Shown in pieces: positions 36,160 to 44,222 of a stretch of DNA of 47,584 nucleotides. Made by a program: the position numbers and the translations under genes. This DNA is from a virus (lineage: Duplodnaviria; Caudoviricetes), in the IMG/VR virus record IMGVR_UViG_3300033417_000014, positions 1-47,584 of that record; one strand, 5' to 3'. The notes below the pieces were generated by a model. It made no database searches. It was given only the letters and a program-made list of their open reading frames with translations, and had not been told where the DNA came from. How positions within the stretch are numbered: position 1 is the first letter of the stretch; every line of letters starts with the position of its first letter.

Positions 36160-36902
36160 TGCGCCACCACGTGCACGGTGTACATGTTGCTGTTGCTCGT
36201 CGTCTGGCCGTTCGTGCCGAGCACCACGGGACCGGGCGGGAAGTCCCTGCGGTGCAACCGGCGCCGCGGCTCAACCGTGTCGGTGAGGCGGATGAACTGT
36301 CCGGTGTTCGTCCACGTCGAGAGCCACGCAGGTCCGGCATAGCGCGCGTCGTAGGCGACGTACACGGTTGCCGGCCGGTCGATCGTGAAGCTCACCGCGG
36401 CTGTCGCGGATGTCTTGTCGTCGTTCGCCGTGAGCACGGACTCCGCGCCAGCGAGCGCGCCAACGTCGGTCCACGTGTAAACGCGATCGATGTGCGCGAG
36501 CTGCCCGACCGCGAGCGTACCTATGCGGTAACGCGTCGGCGTGATTCCCGAGATGGTCAGCACGGGCGGAAGTGGCGGCGTCGGTGCCCACGTGATCGCG
36601 AGGTTGCGCACCGGCCCCGGCAGAGCACGCCCGCCCACGAGCGTCGTGAAGTCGACGATCCACTCGTCCTGAGGCCCGGCATTCAGGTGGAAGTAGCAGC
36701 GCCCGCTATCGGGCAGGCCGTCGATGACGACGCGGCGCGCAAGCGGAGTCGGCGGGCGCTCGTACTGCCCAGGCGCCACGCAGCCCGAGCGGATCGCCGT
36801 CGCACCCGCGGTCAGGCCGTCGTCGGTGATCGTCACCCAGCCTGCGGCCGCGGGCAGCGCGACGAGCGCCGCGGCGAGTGCTACGGCGTGACTTGCACGC
36901 AT
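36156..36902 (-). CDS. Secreted protein with a carbohydrate-binding-like C-terminal domain
   Basis: Leader ending AAA-G; HIDRVYT..TANDDK..VYVAYD..GPVVLGTN. Confidence 0.7.
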   Translation of the reverse strand: MRASHAVALAAALVALPAAAGWVTITDDGLTAGATAIRSGCVAPGQYERPPTPLARRVVIDGLPDSGRCYFHLNAGPQDEWIVDFTTLVGGRALPGPVRNLAITWAPTPPLPPVLTISGITPTRYRIGTLAVGQLAHIDRVYTWTDVGALAGAESVLTANDDKTSATAAVSFTIDRPATVYVAYDARYAGPAWLSTWTNTGQFIRLTDTVEPRRRLHRRDFPPGPVVLGTNGQTTSNSNMYTVHVVAQ

Positions 36903-37240
36903 GTCGGCGGCGTCGCAACGGCGCAGTCGAACACGAGACGGAAGTTGCGCGGCGGTCCCGGTGGCAGCGGGCCCGGCGACGTCGGCCCGAACGTTACGCG
37001 CGGGCCCGGCCCCGTCGCGTTGAAGGCCTCGAGCGCATACGTGTGCGGGTTCGCGTCGGGCGCCAAGTTCGGGATCGTCTGCCCCGCCGTGACCGTGACG
37101 ACGAGCACGTTGTCGCGGTAGAGCCGGTAGCCCGTCGGCGCGCCACCGCTGCTCGGCGGATCGAACAGCACGGTCGCGCTCTCCTGGGCGAGCACGGGTA
37201 GGGCGAGCGCGCAAAGGACTGCGAGCAACGTGAGCCGCAT
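36881..37240 (-). CDS. Secreted fibronectin type III protein
   Basis: Leader ending VLA-Q; PTGYRLY..YALEAFNATGPGP; GAGG RBS. Confidence 0.8.
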   Translation of the reverse strand: MRLTLLAVLCALALPVLAQESATVLFDPPSSGGAPTGYRLYRDNVLVVTVTAGQTIPNLAPDANPHTYALEAFNATGPGPRVTFGPTSPGPLPPGPPRNFRLVFDCAVATPPTCVQVTP

Positions 37241-37258
37241 GGTGTACCTCGGAGGTTG

Positions 37259-37292
37259 AAAAAAACCCCGCCAACGCGTGAGCGCTGGCGGG
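37259..37292 (-). terminator. Intrinsic terminator just ahead of the first late gene (tR'-like)
   Basis: CCCGCCAGCGC-TCAC-GCGTTGGCGGG followed by G and T7 on the - strand. Confidence 0.8.
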
Positions 37293-37380
37293 CGAACTCG
37301 CTGCCTCGTCCGTCACGGGGGAGGTTTAGGCGTGTGCAGCGTTCGGTTCGCGGGTTGCGGGCGATCGGGCCCGCAAATGC

Positions 37381-37402
37381 AAAACCCCGCTCGATGGCGG
37401 GG
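37381..37402 (-). terminator. Second, shorter terminator-like hairpin
   Basis: CCCCGC-CATCGA-GCGGGG-TTTT on the - strand. Confidence 0.55.
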
Positions 37403-37415
37403 CTACTTGTAGCAG

Positions 37416-37445
37416 AATCTACGCTATTGGGCGGACATGTGTCTA
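37416..37445 (-). promoter_or_regulatory. Putative late promoter (pR'-like)
   Basis: TAGACA-18 nt-TAGATT directly after the Q-like gene. Confidence 0.45.
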
Positions 37446-37460
37446 CAGCCCGCGCCGTTG

Positions 37461-38120
37461 CTAGGCCGCTCGCGCAACCAGCCGGCGCCCGAGATCCGCG
37501 AGACCGTTGTTGAGCCAGTTCGTCAGCCGGGCCGAAATCGACTGGTAGCCGGCGGCGAGCACGCTGCGCCGCCAATGGCGCTCGGAGACCCCGAAATACA
37601 GGGCGCGAGCGATCTCCGTGCCAAAGGCGTCCGGGTCGGCGCCCTCTTTCAGCGCCAACGTGCACAGGTCGATCACGTATCGGTGTGGGCAGCGCACGAG
37701 GCCGGTGAGCTCGCAGTCGGCCCTCCGGATCCGCTTCGGCCACTGGTGGATCTCCTTGAGCTCGACGGCGTGCACGAGGAGCTGGCCCTTCAGCATCGGC
37801 CTCACGAGAGCGTCCTCGTTCAGGCACCACAACAGCGCCGCGAGCTCGAGCTGATCCATCTGCCGGCCGACGAAGTCGAACTCCTGGCGGCTGATCGAGG
37901 TATTCACGCTCGAGCGCGTCTGCCGGCCGCCGGCACTGTACAACCCCGGGATCCCGATGCTCTTCAGCATCCCGTCGGCGAATTGGACGTCGCGCCGCCG
38001 CGGCGCGCTGGTGTGCGGCTCGTAGTCCTCGTACGCCGGGATCGGCCGGCCGAGGACCAGGTTGACGCCGCGCGCGTTCGCCCTCGTGACCGCCTGCTCG
38101 ATTCGTTCGCCGAGATCCAT
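37461..38120 (-). CDS. Putative late antiterminator (Q-like)
   Basis: Last early-right gene before the promoter and terminators; EIARALYFGVSERHWRR HTH-like C-terminus. Confidence 0.55.
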   Translation of the reverse strand: MDLGERIEQAVTRANARGVNLVLGRPIPAYEDYEPHTSAPRRRDVQFADGMLKSIGIPGLYSAGGRQTRSSVNTSISRQEFDFVGRQMDQLELAALLWCLNEDALVRPMLKGQLLVHAVELKEIHQWPKRIRRADCELTGLVRCPHRYVIDLCTLALKEGADPDAFGTEIARALYFGVSERHWRRSVLAAGYQSISARLTNWLNNGLADLGRRLVARAA

Positions 38121-38320
38121 CAGTGGTCGGTCGTGGGCGCTTGCTCGACTAGGTCGAGCTGCCGCTCGTCGCACGCCGCGGCCGGGGGCGCGTCCGTCGA
38201 CGCGCCACAGGTGCACCGCGACAGCTTGGCGCGCAGCGCGTAGTTGTCTGCGCGCAGCGCCTCGTTCTCGAGTCGGAGGCCGCGGAGCTCGCCCTCGAGC
38301 CGCTCGACTTCGAGGCTCAT
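38120..38320 (-). CDS. Small coiled-coil protein
   Basis: Heptad Leu pattern; coupled on both sides. Confidence 0.55.
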   Translation of the reverse strand: MSLEVERLEGELRGLRLENEALRADNYALRAKLSRCTCGASTDAPPAAACDERQLDLVEQAPTTDH

Positions 38321-38757
38321 CGTAGATCGTCCCCCAACCGGAGTGGCCCCGGGTCGTGCCAATGCCGCGCCTCGGCGTTGCGCATGTAGCGACGGACCGC
38401 ATCGATGAGCTCGCCTGCGCCGGCGCAGATCTCGGCGAAGTAACCGAACTCGATGAGCTTGCAGCGCCACGACTCCTGCTCGGGGTCGACACGGCCGCCG
38501 CGCTCGCGCTTCGCCTCGAGGAACAGGCCGGCGTACGGCGGCAACGGCACGAGCAGCTTGTAGTCCGGGAAGCCGTTGCGAAGACCCATGCGCTGCAGGA
38601 TCGCGATGTGTGCGCCCGACTTGCCGCGCTCGTTCGGGATCTTGACGAGCCGCTCGAACAGCGGCTCACCGCGGTAGCGCACGTACTTGGTCCAGTCGAC
38701 GAAGGCAATGCATTCGTCGGTCTCGCTGGCCACGATCGCGCGGCGGCCGAGGCTCAC
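38317..38757 (-). CDS. VRR-NUC nuclease
   Basis: IPNE..MGLRNGFPD..GLFLEAK..GGRVDPEQESW. Confidence 0.85.
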   Translation of the reverse strand: MSLGRRAIVASETDECIAFVDWTKYVRYRGEPLFERLVKIPNERGKSGAHIAILQRMGLRNGFPDYKLLVPLPPYAGLFLEAKRERGGRVDPEQESWRCKLIEFGYFAEICAGAGELIDAVRRYMRNAEARHWHDPGPLRLGDDLR

Positions 38758-38978
38758 CACTGGTACTCCTGGACGCTGGGCCCGGGCACGACGCGCCACG
38801 GCTTGTGCGAAAGCCGGCGCTTGTCGAGCACGGCGTAGTCCTCCGCGAACACGACAATGGTCGTCGGCTGTCGCCCCATGAACCGTTCGTAGCGCTCTGC
38901 GAAATCGATCACGCGCTTGATCGCCGAATGGCCCTGGCCGATGTCCGAGGAAGGCTTCGCCACGCTAGCCGCCGCCAT
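38754..38978 (-). CDS. Hypothetical protein
   Basis: Overlapping start and stop with its neighbours. Confidence 0.5.
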   Translation of the reverse strand: MAAASVAKPSSDIGQGHSAIKRVIDFAERYERFMGRQPTTIVVFAEDYAVLDKRRLSHKPWRVVPGPSVQEYQW

Positions 38979-39279
38979 ACGAGCCGGCGACCCGCCGGGG
39001 CTTGATCTGATCCATCCTCGGTGCTGCCGCGCGCGCCGCGCCGCGTTCGCGCGCTTCGTCGTTGAGGCGCTGCACCGCTGGCGCGAGGGCTTTGTGGACC
39101 GTCGGGTCGCTGACGCCGAGCTCCGCTGCCTTTTCCGCGACCCATCCTTTCGGCGTGGATCCACCGTCTTTGCGAAGCTCGTAGTACTCGGCGCACAGCG
39201 CCTCTCGCTCGGCCGGCGTCAGGTGGCGGATCTGTCGCACGGTCTCCTCGGGCGGTTTCTGTTGGGGAATTATATACAT
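38965..39279 (-). CDS. HTH-like ORF whose 5' end is formed by the IS left inverted repeat
   Basis: KAAELGVSDPTVHKAL; the ATG lies inside the IR. Confidence 0.5.
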   Translation of the reverse strand: MYIIPQQKPPEETVRQIRHLTPAEREALCAEYYELRKDGGSTPKGWVAEKAAELGVSDPTVHKALAPAVQRLNDEARERGAARAAAPRMDQIKPRRVAGSYGGG

Positions 39280-39344
39280 GAGTCCCTTGACGGTACCGAG
39301 GGACTAAAGTACATTGGAACCGTCGAAAAGACGAGGGCAAGACG

Positions 39345-40268
39345 GTGGAAGATCACGTAACTATCAGCACATTTCAACTGTTCCAGTTGTTCCCGGACCA
39401 AGAGTCGGCGCGCGACTACTTGGAGGCGCGGCTTTGGCCGAATGGGCCGCGCTGCCCGGTCTGCGATCACACAGAGAACGTCACGACCCGCAAGCGTGTC
39501 GGGTTCTATCGCTGCAATCCTTGCAGGGAGGATTTCACGGTCCGCACGGGCACGATCTTCGAGCGGTCGAAGGTGCCGCTGCACAAATGGCTCTACGCGA
39601 TGTACCTGCTCGTGACGGCCCGCAAGGGCATTAGCAGCCTGCAACTGTCGAAGCAGATCGGCATCACGCAGAAGTCCGCGTGGTTCGTCCTGCACCGCCT
39701 CCGCGAGGCTGTCGGCGGAGAAATGGACAAGCTGCGCGGCATCGTTGAGATCGACGAGACGTACTTCGGTGGCAAGGAGGCGAACAAGCACAGCGGAAAA
39801 AAACTTCGGGCCGGGCGCGGCGCAGTCGGTAAGGCTGCGGTGCTCGGCCTGCGGGAGCGCGGTGGCCGGACTCGCGCCCTGCCGATCGACAGCACCGACC
39901 GCGACACGCTGCATCGTGCGATCCATGCCAACGTAGAAGTCGGCTCGGTCATTCACAGCGACGAGGCCACGGCCTACGACGGCATCGGCGGGCTGTTCTT
40001 CGGCCACGATACCGTCAACCACTCGGCCGGGGAGTACGCGCGCGGCGACGTGACGACGAACAGCATCGAGAGCGTGTTCGCCGTCATGAAGCGCGGCGTG
40101 CTCGGCGTCTACCACCACACGAGCAAGAAGCACCTTGGTAGGTACGTCGATGAGTTCGCGTTTCGGCTCAACGAGGGCAACGTCAAGCAGCACACGCTGG
40201 CGCGCCTGGATGCGCTGGTAGACGCGACAGTCGGTAAGCGCCTCACCTACGCGGGGTTGATCTCGTGA
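39345..40268 (+). CDS. IS1595-family (ISXO2-like) DDE transposase
   Basis: Zn ribbon CPVC..CNPC, VEIDETYFGG, HSDE, TNSIES and YVDEFAFRLN. Confidence 0.95.
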   Translation: MEDHVTISTFQLFQLFPDQESARDYLEARLWPNGPRCPVCDHTENVTTRKRVGFYRCNPCREDFTVRTGTIFERSKVPLHKWLYAMYLLVTARKGISSLQLSKQIGITQKSAWFVLHRLREAVGGEMDKLRGIVEIDETYFGGKEANKHSGKKLRAGRGAVGKAAVLGLRERGGRTRALPIDSTDRDTLHRAIHANVEVGSVIHSDEATAYDGIGGLFFGHDTVNHSAGEYARGDVTTNSIESVFAVMKRGVLGVYHHTSKKHLGRYVDEFAFRLNEGNVKQHTLARLDALVDATVGKRLTYAGLIS

Positions 40269-40390
40269 CGCGCCCGAAGCCGCCAAAGGTCTTGGACGCG
40301 ATTGCAGACGTGGTGTTGCGCTACAAGCCCAAGCCGAAAAGCGACGCCGCGAAAGCGCGCAAGCGGAAGGCCCGGAAGGCGCGCCGATGA
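40265..40390 (+). CDS. Small basic protein inside the IS
   Basis: Read by hand: VTRPKPPKVLDAIADVVLRYKPKPK...; GTGA and ATGA coupling. Confidence 0.55.
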   Translation: MTRPKPPKVLDAIADVVLRYKPKPKSDAAKARKRKARKARR

Positions 40391-41181
40391 AGCGGTTTCT
40401 GTCGCTGGGAGCTGGTGTGCAGTCGTCAACCTTGGCGCTCATGGCCACGCGCGGCGAGATCGACGCCGTTGATGCCGCGATATTCAGCGACACGCAGTGG
40501 GAGCCGCGCTCCGTGTATGACTGGCTGAATTGGCTAGAGCCGCAATTGTCGTTCCCGGTGTATCGCGTGACGGCCGGCAATCTACGCGCCAACGTGCTGG
40601 AGTCCAAGAACACGACTGGCGGACGTTTCGCGACGGTCCCGTGGTTCATCGTGAACCCAGATGGCTCGCCGGGCATGGGCCGGCGCCAATGCACGAGCGA
40701 ATACAAGCTCAAGCCGTTAGTGCTGGAGAAACGACGCCAACTCGGCCTCGTGAAGGGACAGCGGGCCAAACGCGGCGTAGTGCTCTGTGAGACGTTCATC
40801 GGCATCTCAACGGACGAGGTATTCCGCGTCCGCAACAGCGACGAACGGTGGAACCTGAACCGCTGGCCGTTGTTAGAGCGGCGCATGTCGCGCAGCGACT
40901 GCCTCGCGTGGATGGAGCGCAACGGATTCCCGCGACCGCCTAAATCGTCGTGCTTGGGTTGCCCGTTCCACGGACAAGACCAGTGGCGCGAAGTGCAGAA
41001 GAATCCCGACGAATGGGCGGACGTGCTGGAGATTGACGCCGCCATTCGCATTCCTGTGCGCGGCCAGCGCGGCCAGCAATACATGCACGCGCAACGCAAG
41101 CCGCTTGCCGAAGTGGACCTGAGCACGGCAGACCAAGGCGATTTGTTCAACAACGAGTGCCTTGGCATGTGCGGGAACTGA
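40387..41181 (+). CDS. PAPS-reductase-like (PP-loop) passenger protein
   Basis: LSLGAGVQSS, FSDTQWE, RQCTSEYK and KSSCLGCPFH. Confidence 0.75.
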   Translation: MKRFLSLGAGVQSSTLALMATRGEIDAVDAAIFSDTQWEPRSVYDWLNWLEPQLSFPVYRVTAGNLRANVLESKNTTGGRFATVPWFIVNPDGSPGMGRRQCTSEYKLKPLVLEKRRQLGLVKGQRAKRGVVLCETFIGISTDEVFRVRNSDERWNLNRWPLLERRMSRSDCLAWMERNGFPRPPKSSCLGCPFHGQDQWREVQKNPDEWADVLEIDAAIRIPVRGQRGQQYMHAQRKPLAEVDLSTADQGDLFNNECLGMCGN

Positions 41182-41187
41182 ATCCGG

Positions 41188-41997
41188 TTAAGTATGGTCA
41201 AGGGACTCATGTATATAATTCCCCTTCGTTTCAGCCGTTGCCATTTCGGTTTTTGCCGCCCGCTCGGCTCTGATCGCTGCTGCTGCAGCTGCTTTGTGCG
41301 CAAGCTCACGCCCGTGGGCTTCGTCGACGCGCCGGCGGAAATCGGCGAGCGACTCGGATTGCGTGCGGCCGGAGATCCCGAGGAGCTTCGCCGTGTTCGT
41401 CAGCAGGAACAGTTCGCGATCCGGACTCGATGGGCCAGCGCGAGCCGGGCTTGAAGCCGGGCTCGCGCGCGTGCGCGAAGAGGTTTTATCAAGAGAAGAG
41501 TTAAGAGAAGAATAGTCCGACATTTTGTCGGGGGTCCCACGACGATTTGACGGGGGTTCGCGACAAATTGTCGGGGGTGGTTCAACCCCCGTCATTTTGT
41601 CGGGGGTGACCCCAGACACCATGTCGGGGGCGCGTCCCTGCTGGCTTGCAGGTTCGATGCCACCAGCCCCCGTCATTTTGTCGGGGGTCTTAGGTGGCTT
41701 CCGACGACGCGCCCGGCCCACGGCATCCTTGCCGAACTCGACCGGCACCAGCAGCCGGAAGAGCGTCGTTTGGCCCGGCCGGACGGTGGCCTCGACCTTA
41801 CCCGCCTGGACGAGGCGCTCGGCGGTGCGCTCCGCAGTACGTCCGGACATTCTCGCCATCGTGGCGAGATTCTTGAGCGCGGCGTAGCACAACAGCGTTT
41901 CGCCGACATGGTCGGCCATCGCTAGCAGCAACAGCAGTTCGCTGCGTGAGAGATCACCCTGACTCCACGCCCAATGTTTTGCGCGGGTGCTGCTCAC
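41188..41997 (-). CDS. Replication initiator (wHTH, lambda O-like); C-terminus runs into the IS
   Basis: LLLLAMAD..LATMARMSGRT..LVQAG; internal iterons. Confidence 0.8.
   Translation of the reverse strand: MSSTRAKHWAWSQGDLSRSELLLLLAMADHVGETLLCYAALKNLATMARMSGRTAERTAERLVQAGKVEATVRPGQTTLFRLLVPVEFGKDAVGRARRRKPPKTPDKMTGAGGIEPASQQGRAPDMVSGVTPDKMTGVEPPPTICREPPSNRRGTPDKMSDYSSLNSSLDKTSSRTRASPASSPARAGPSSPDRELFLLTNTAKLLGISGRTQSESLADFRRRVDEAHGRELAHKAAAAAAIRAERAAKTEMATAETKGNYIHESLDHT
41484..41688. repeat. Iterons and adjacent A-rich tract (putative ori)
   Basis: TG(T/A)CGGGGG core six times between 41521 and 41688, three as CATTTTGTCGGGGGT; A-rich tract at 41484-41515. Confidence 0.8.
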
Positions 41998-42209
41998 ACC
42001 GTGAATGCCTCCTGCTGCAGCGCGCGTACAACACTCTCGGGCGCCGCCTCGCAGACGCGGTTGAACTCGGCCATGAGCAGCTCGAAGTCTTCCGACTCGG
42101 CGGGCGCGGCGCGCAGCTCGCGGTACAACCGGACGATGTCGGCCCCCTGCGGTTTGGCGCTATCGTAAGGAAGCACGGGCGCCCCCGTTCGATCGAGAAC
42201 GTGACTCAT
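41994..42209 (-). CDS. Hypothetical protein
   Basis: MSHVLDRTG...; coupled on both sides. Confidence 0.5.
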   Translation of the reverse strand: MSHVLDRTGAPVLPYDSAKPQGADIVRLYRELRAAPAESEDFELLMAEFNRVCEAAPESVVRALQQEAFTV

Positions 42210-42727
42210 GCTGCTGCCCTCGATGCCCCGAAGCTGAAATACAATTGACCGCTCGCTTCGACGAGCTGCTTCGCCTCGAGCCGCTCCATCGAGTGCTCCC
42301 CGTGGCGGTTCGCGATCTCGTCGAACCAGCCCATCTGCCAATCGTGCTTACGGCACTTGAGACGGGGCCGACCCTGCGCGTCGAAGCGCACGACGCCCTT
42401 CGCGTCGGTGACGAGCTCCAGGTGGTGGAGTTCGTGATCGAGCAGCGCGTACTGCTGTTTCGTCGTGAGGCCGGCGTACACGGCGCGATCGACGACAATC
42501 TGGGCGTCGGCGAGCCCAGCGGCTCGGTCGCGCGAGCCGACGACGCGCACGAGCGCCGCGGCCGGATAGCCGTGATGCGTGAGGATCGGCTTGTCGTTCT
42601 CATCGTCGAAGACGAACAGCGCGCCGATCGTGACGAGATCGAATGCCTCGGCGGCGTAGTACTCCTCGCGCAGCGCCGCGATCTTGTGCTGGACATCTTC
42701 GCTGGCCGGCGCGTAGCGTTTGCTCAT
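42206..42727 (-). CDS. Putative phage metallopeptidase
   Basis: ALLDHELHH (HExxH), RKHD and RHG motifs. Confidence 0.75.
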   Translation of the reverse strand: MSKRYAPASEDVQHKIAALREEYYAAEAFDLVTIGALFVFDDENDKPILTHHGYPAAALVRVVGSRDRAAGLADAQIVVDRAVYAGLTTKQQYALLDHELHHLELVTDAKGVVRFDAQGRPRLKCRKHDWQMGWFDEIANRHGEHSMERLEAKQLVEASGQLYFSFGASRAAA

Positions 42728-42860
42728 CGGAACGCCCAGGCCGCCACAAGAACGACGACGATCGCGACGATCAAGAACACGGTACGGCGGTATGACGGTC
42801 TCGTGACGTAATCGGCTCCGTCGTCGAAGACGGGCAACCGCCGTGGCCTGCGTTCGGCAC

Positions 42861-43274
42861 TCATCGGGCCACAGTGCGCACTTCGCGCATCGTCTTCGCA
42901 CGATCGAGAGCCGCCTCCTCGTCCGCGATCTGCGCGAGCTCGAGGGCCGCCCTCACCCGCCGTGCGGCGATCTTCTGGGCATCCGTCAGCGGCGTCGCAA
43001 TGTCCGGGCGCTGATATTTGGCTTCATCGCAGAGCTGCCAGAACGCGCAATGGACGCCGGTGTCGCGGCCGGCTCGGAGCACGGCCGCAAGATCCTCAAG
43101 GTCGAACTTGGTATCGCGGTTGGGGTTGAGGCAATCGTTGACCCAGTTCTCCGCGCGGCCGAGCGATAGCGTCGGCCTCAGCAACGCACCCACCCTTTTG
43201 GCGCCGCCGAGCGCGGCAACGAGGTGCCGGAGCGCGCCGCGAAGATCGTCGTAGAACAGTGCGTCTTGTGTCAT
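42861..43274 (-). CDS. CII-like regulator
   Basis: ALGGAKRVGALL..CLNPNR; directly downstream of cro. Confidence 0.6.
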   Translation of the reverse strand: MTQDALFYDDLRGALRHLVAALGGAKRVGALLRPTLSLGRAENWVNDCLNPNRDTKFDLEDLAAVLRAGRDTGVHCAFWQLCDEAKYQRPDIATPLTDAQKIAARRVRAALELAQIADEEAALDRAKTMREVRTVAR

Positions 43275-43408
43275 CACTCCGTACTGCTCCGTTACGGCGC
43301 CGTTCGTTACGGACCCCAACGGACCCCCAAAGCAGGCTCAATATCGGCACGGAGCGTACGTAGCGCCCCGCGTTAGCTTTTAACCTTTAGACTCACCACG
43401 AGAGAAAA

Positions 43409-43594
43409 CTAGTGTCTTGCTTTCGCGTAGACGCCCGACCAATCGACCGGGGTGTACTCCACGATCAGCGCAGCCAGCTTCGGTTTCGGCTGGCGCGTAC
43501 CGTACATGTACGACTCGGCCGCTCTCCTCGAGACGCGGAACCGTTTAGCGAAGGCCGGCACACCTACTTCGCGGATGTACTCTGAGAGCGTCAT
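43409..43594 (-). CDS. Cro-like HTH protein
   Basis: MTLSEYI..FAKRFRVSRRAAESYMYGTRQP; divergent from the repressor. Confidence 0.8.
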   Translation of the reverse strand: MTLSEYIREVGVPAFAKRFRVSRRAAESYMYGTRQPKPKLAALIVEYTPVDWSGVYAKARH

Positions 43595-43601
43595 GCGTGC
43601 G

Positions 43602-43693
43602 GATTATCTGCACACTTCGTGCAGTTCTGCAAGCCTCACTCTGCACGAACTAGCCAGTGCGCACCCCGGGCCGCGTCAGCACAATTCGTGCAT
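43602..43693. promoter_or_regulatory. Operators (CTGCAC-N5-GTGCAG) and cro promoter
   Basis: Perfect palindrome at 43608-43624, partial copies at 43641-43657 and 43677-43693; - strand TTGCAG-18-GATAAT. Confidence 0.75.
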
Positions 43694-44015
43694 GGCGAAA
43701 AAAGGCAAAAACCCGTTCGACGTAGAAGCTGGCAGGAGGATTAGAAAAGCCCGCGGCGATCGTGGCTGGAGCCAGGAAGAACTAGCGATTGAGTCCGGCT
43801 GGAAGCACGACAGGCCGGTTCCGAGAGGCGCGATACACCCATCCAGCGTGGCCATGTACGAGCGCGGCGAGCGCAGAATACCCAGAGAGATCGCCGAAAC
43901 ACTGAGCCACATTTTCGGTCGCCCAGCCGCCTACTGGCTCGGCGCCATCGACGACTACGAGGCAGACGTCCTACAGGCTCTTCAACGCCCTCGGACAGCG
44001 GCTGGCGGACGCTAA
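43692..44015 (+). CDS. CI-like XRE repressor (HTH only)
   Basis: RIRKARGDRGWSQEELA..SVAMYERGERRIP; 107 aa with no peptidase domain. Confidence 0.85.
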   Translation: MAKKGKNPFDVEAGRRIRKARGDRGWSQEELAIESGWKHDRPVPRGAIHPSSVAMYERGERRIPREIAETLSHIFGRPAAYWLGAIDDYEADVLQALQRPRTAAGGR

Positions 44016-44138
44016 CGCCGGCCGAGATTCAGGCGCTTCTGGAGCACGGTGACCTCATTGCCGCGCTTGCGCGGCTGTCTTCGCGCACCCTTCTAACGCT
44101 CCAACGAATAGCCACGCGCTTCTTGCTCTGAGGAGCGG

Positions 44139-44183
44139 CTGCACAAGTTGTGCTTGACTCCCTGCACTAACTGTGCAGAGAAT
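44139..44183 (+). promoter_or_regulatory. Operators and pL-like promoter of the early arm
   Basis: CTGCACAAGTTGTGCTT at 44139-44155 and perfect CTGCACTAACTGTGCAG at 44162-44178; TTGACT-18-GAGAAT. Confidence 0.75.
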
Positions 44184-44222
44184 GCCTCCCGATCGAACGG
44201 GAGGCTTCCAATGTCGGCGCGA

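Larger units (their letters stand above)
39264..41224 (+). mobile_element. IS1595-family element with passenger genes
   Basis: Perfect 28-bp inverted repeats GGGGAATTATATACATGAGTCCCTTGAC at 39264-39291 and 41197-41224; opposite orientation to the surrounding operon. Confidence 0.92.

Noticed and set aside
39270-41309. 679-aa - strand ORF and other long antisense ORFs (e.g. 21342..23312, 45515..47071 in an alternate frame)
   Set aside because: Shadow ORFs of well-supported genes in high-GC DNA.
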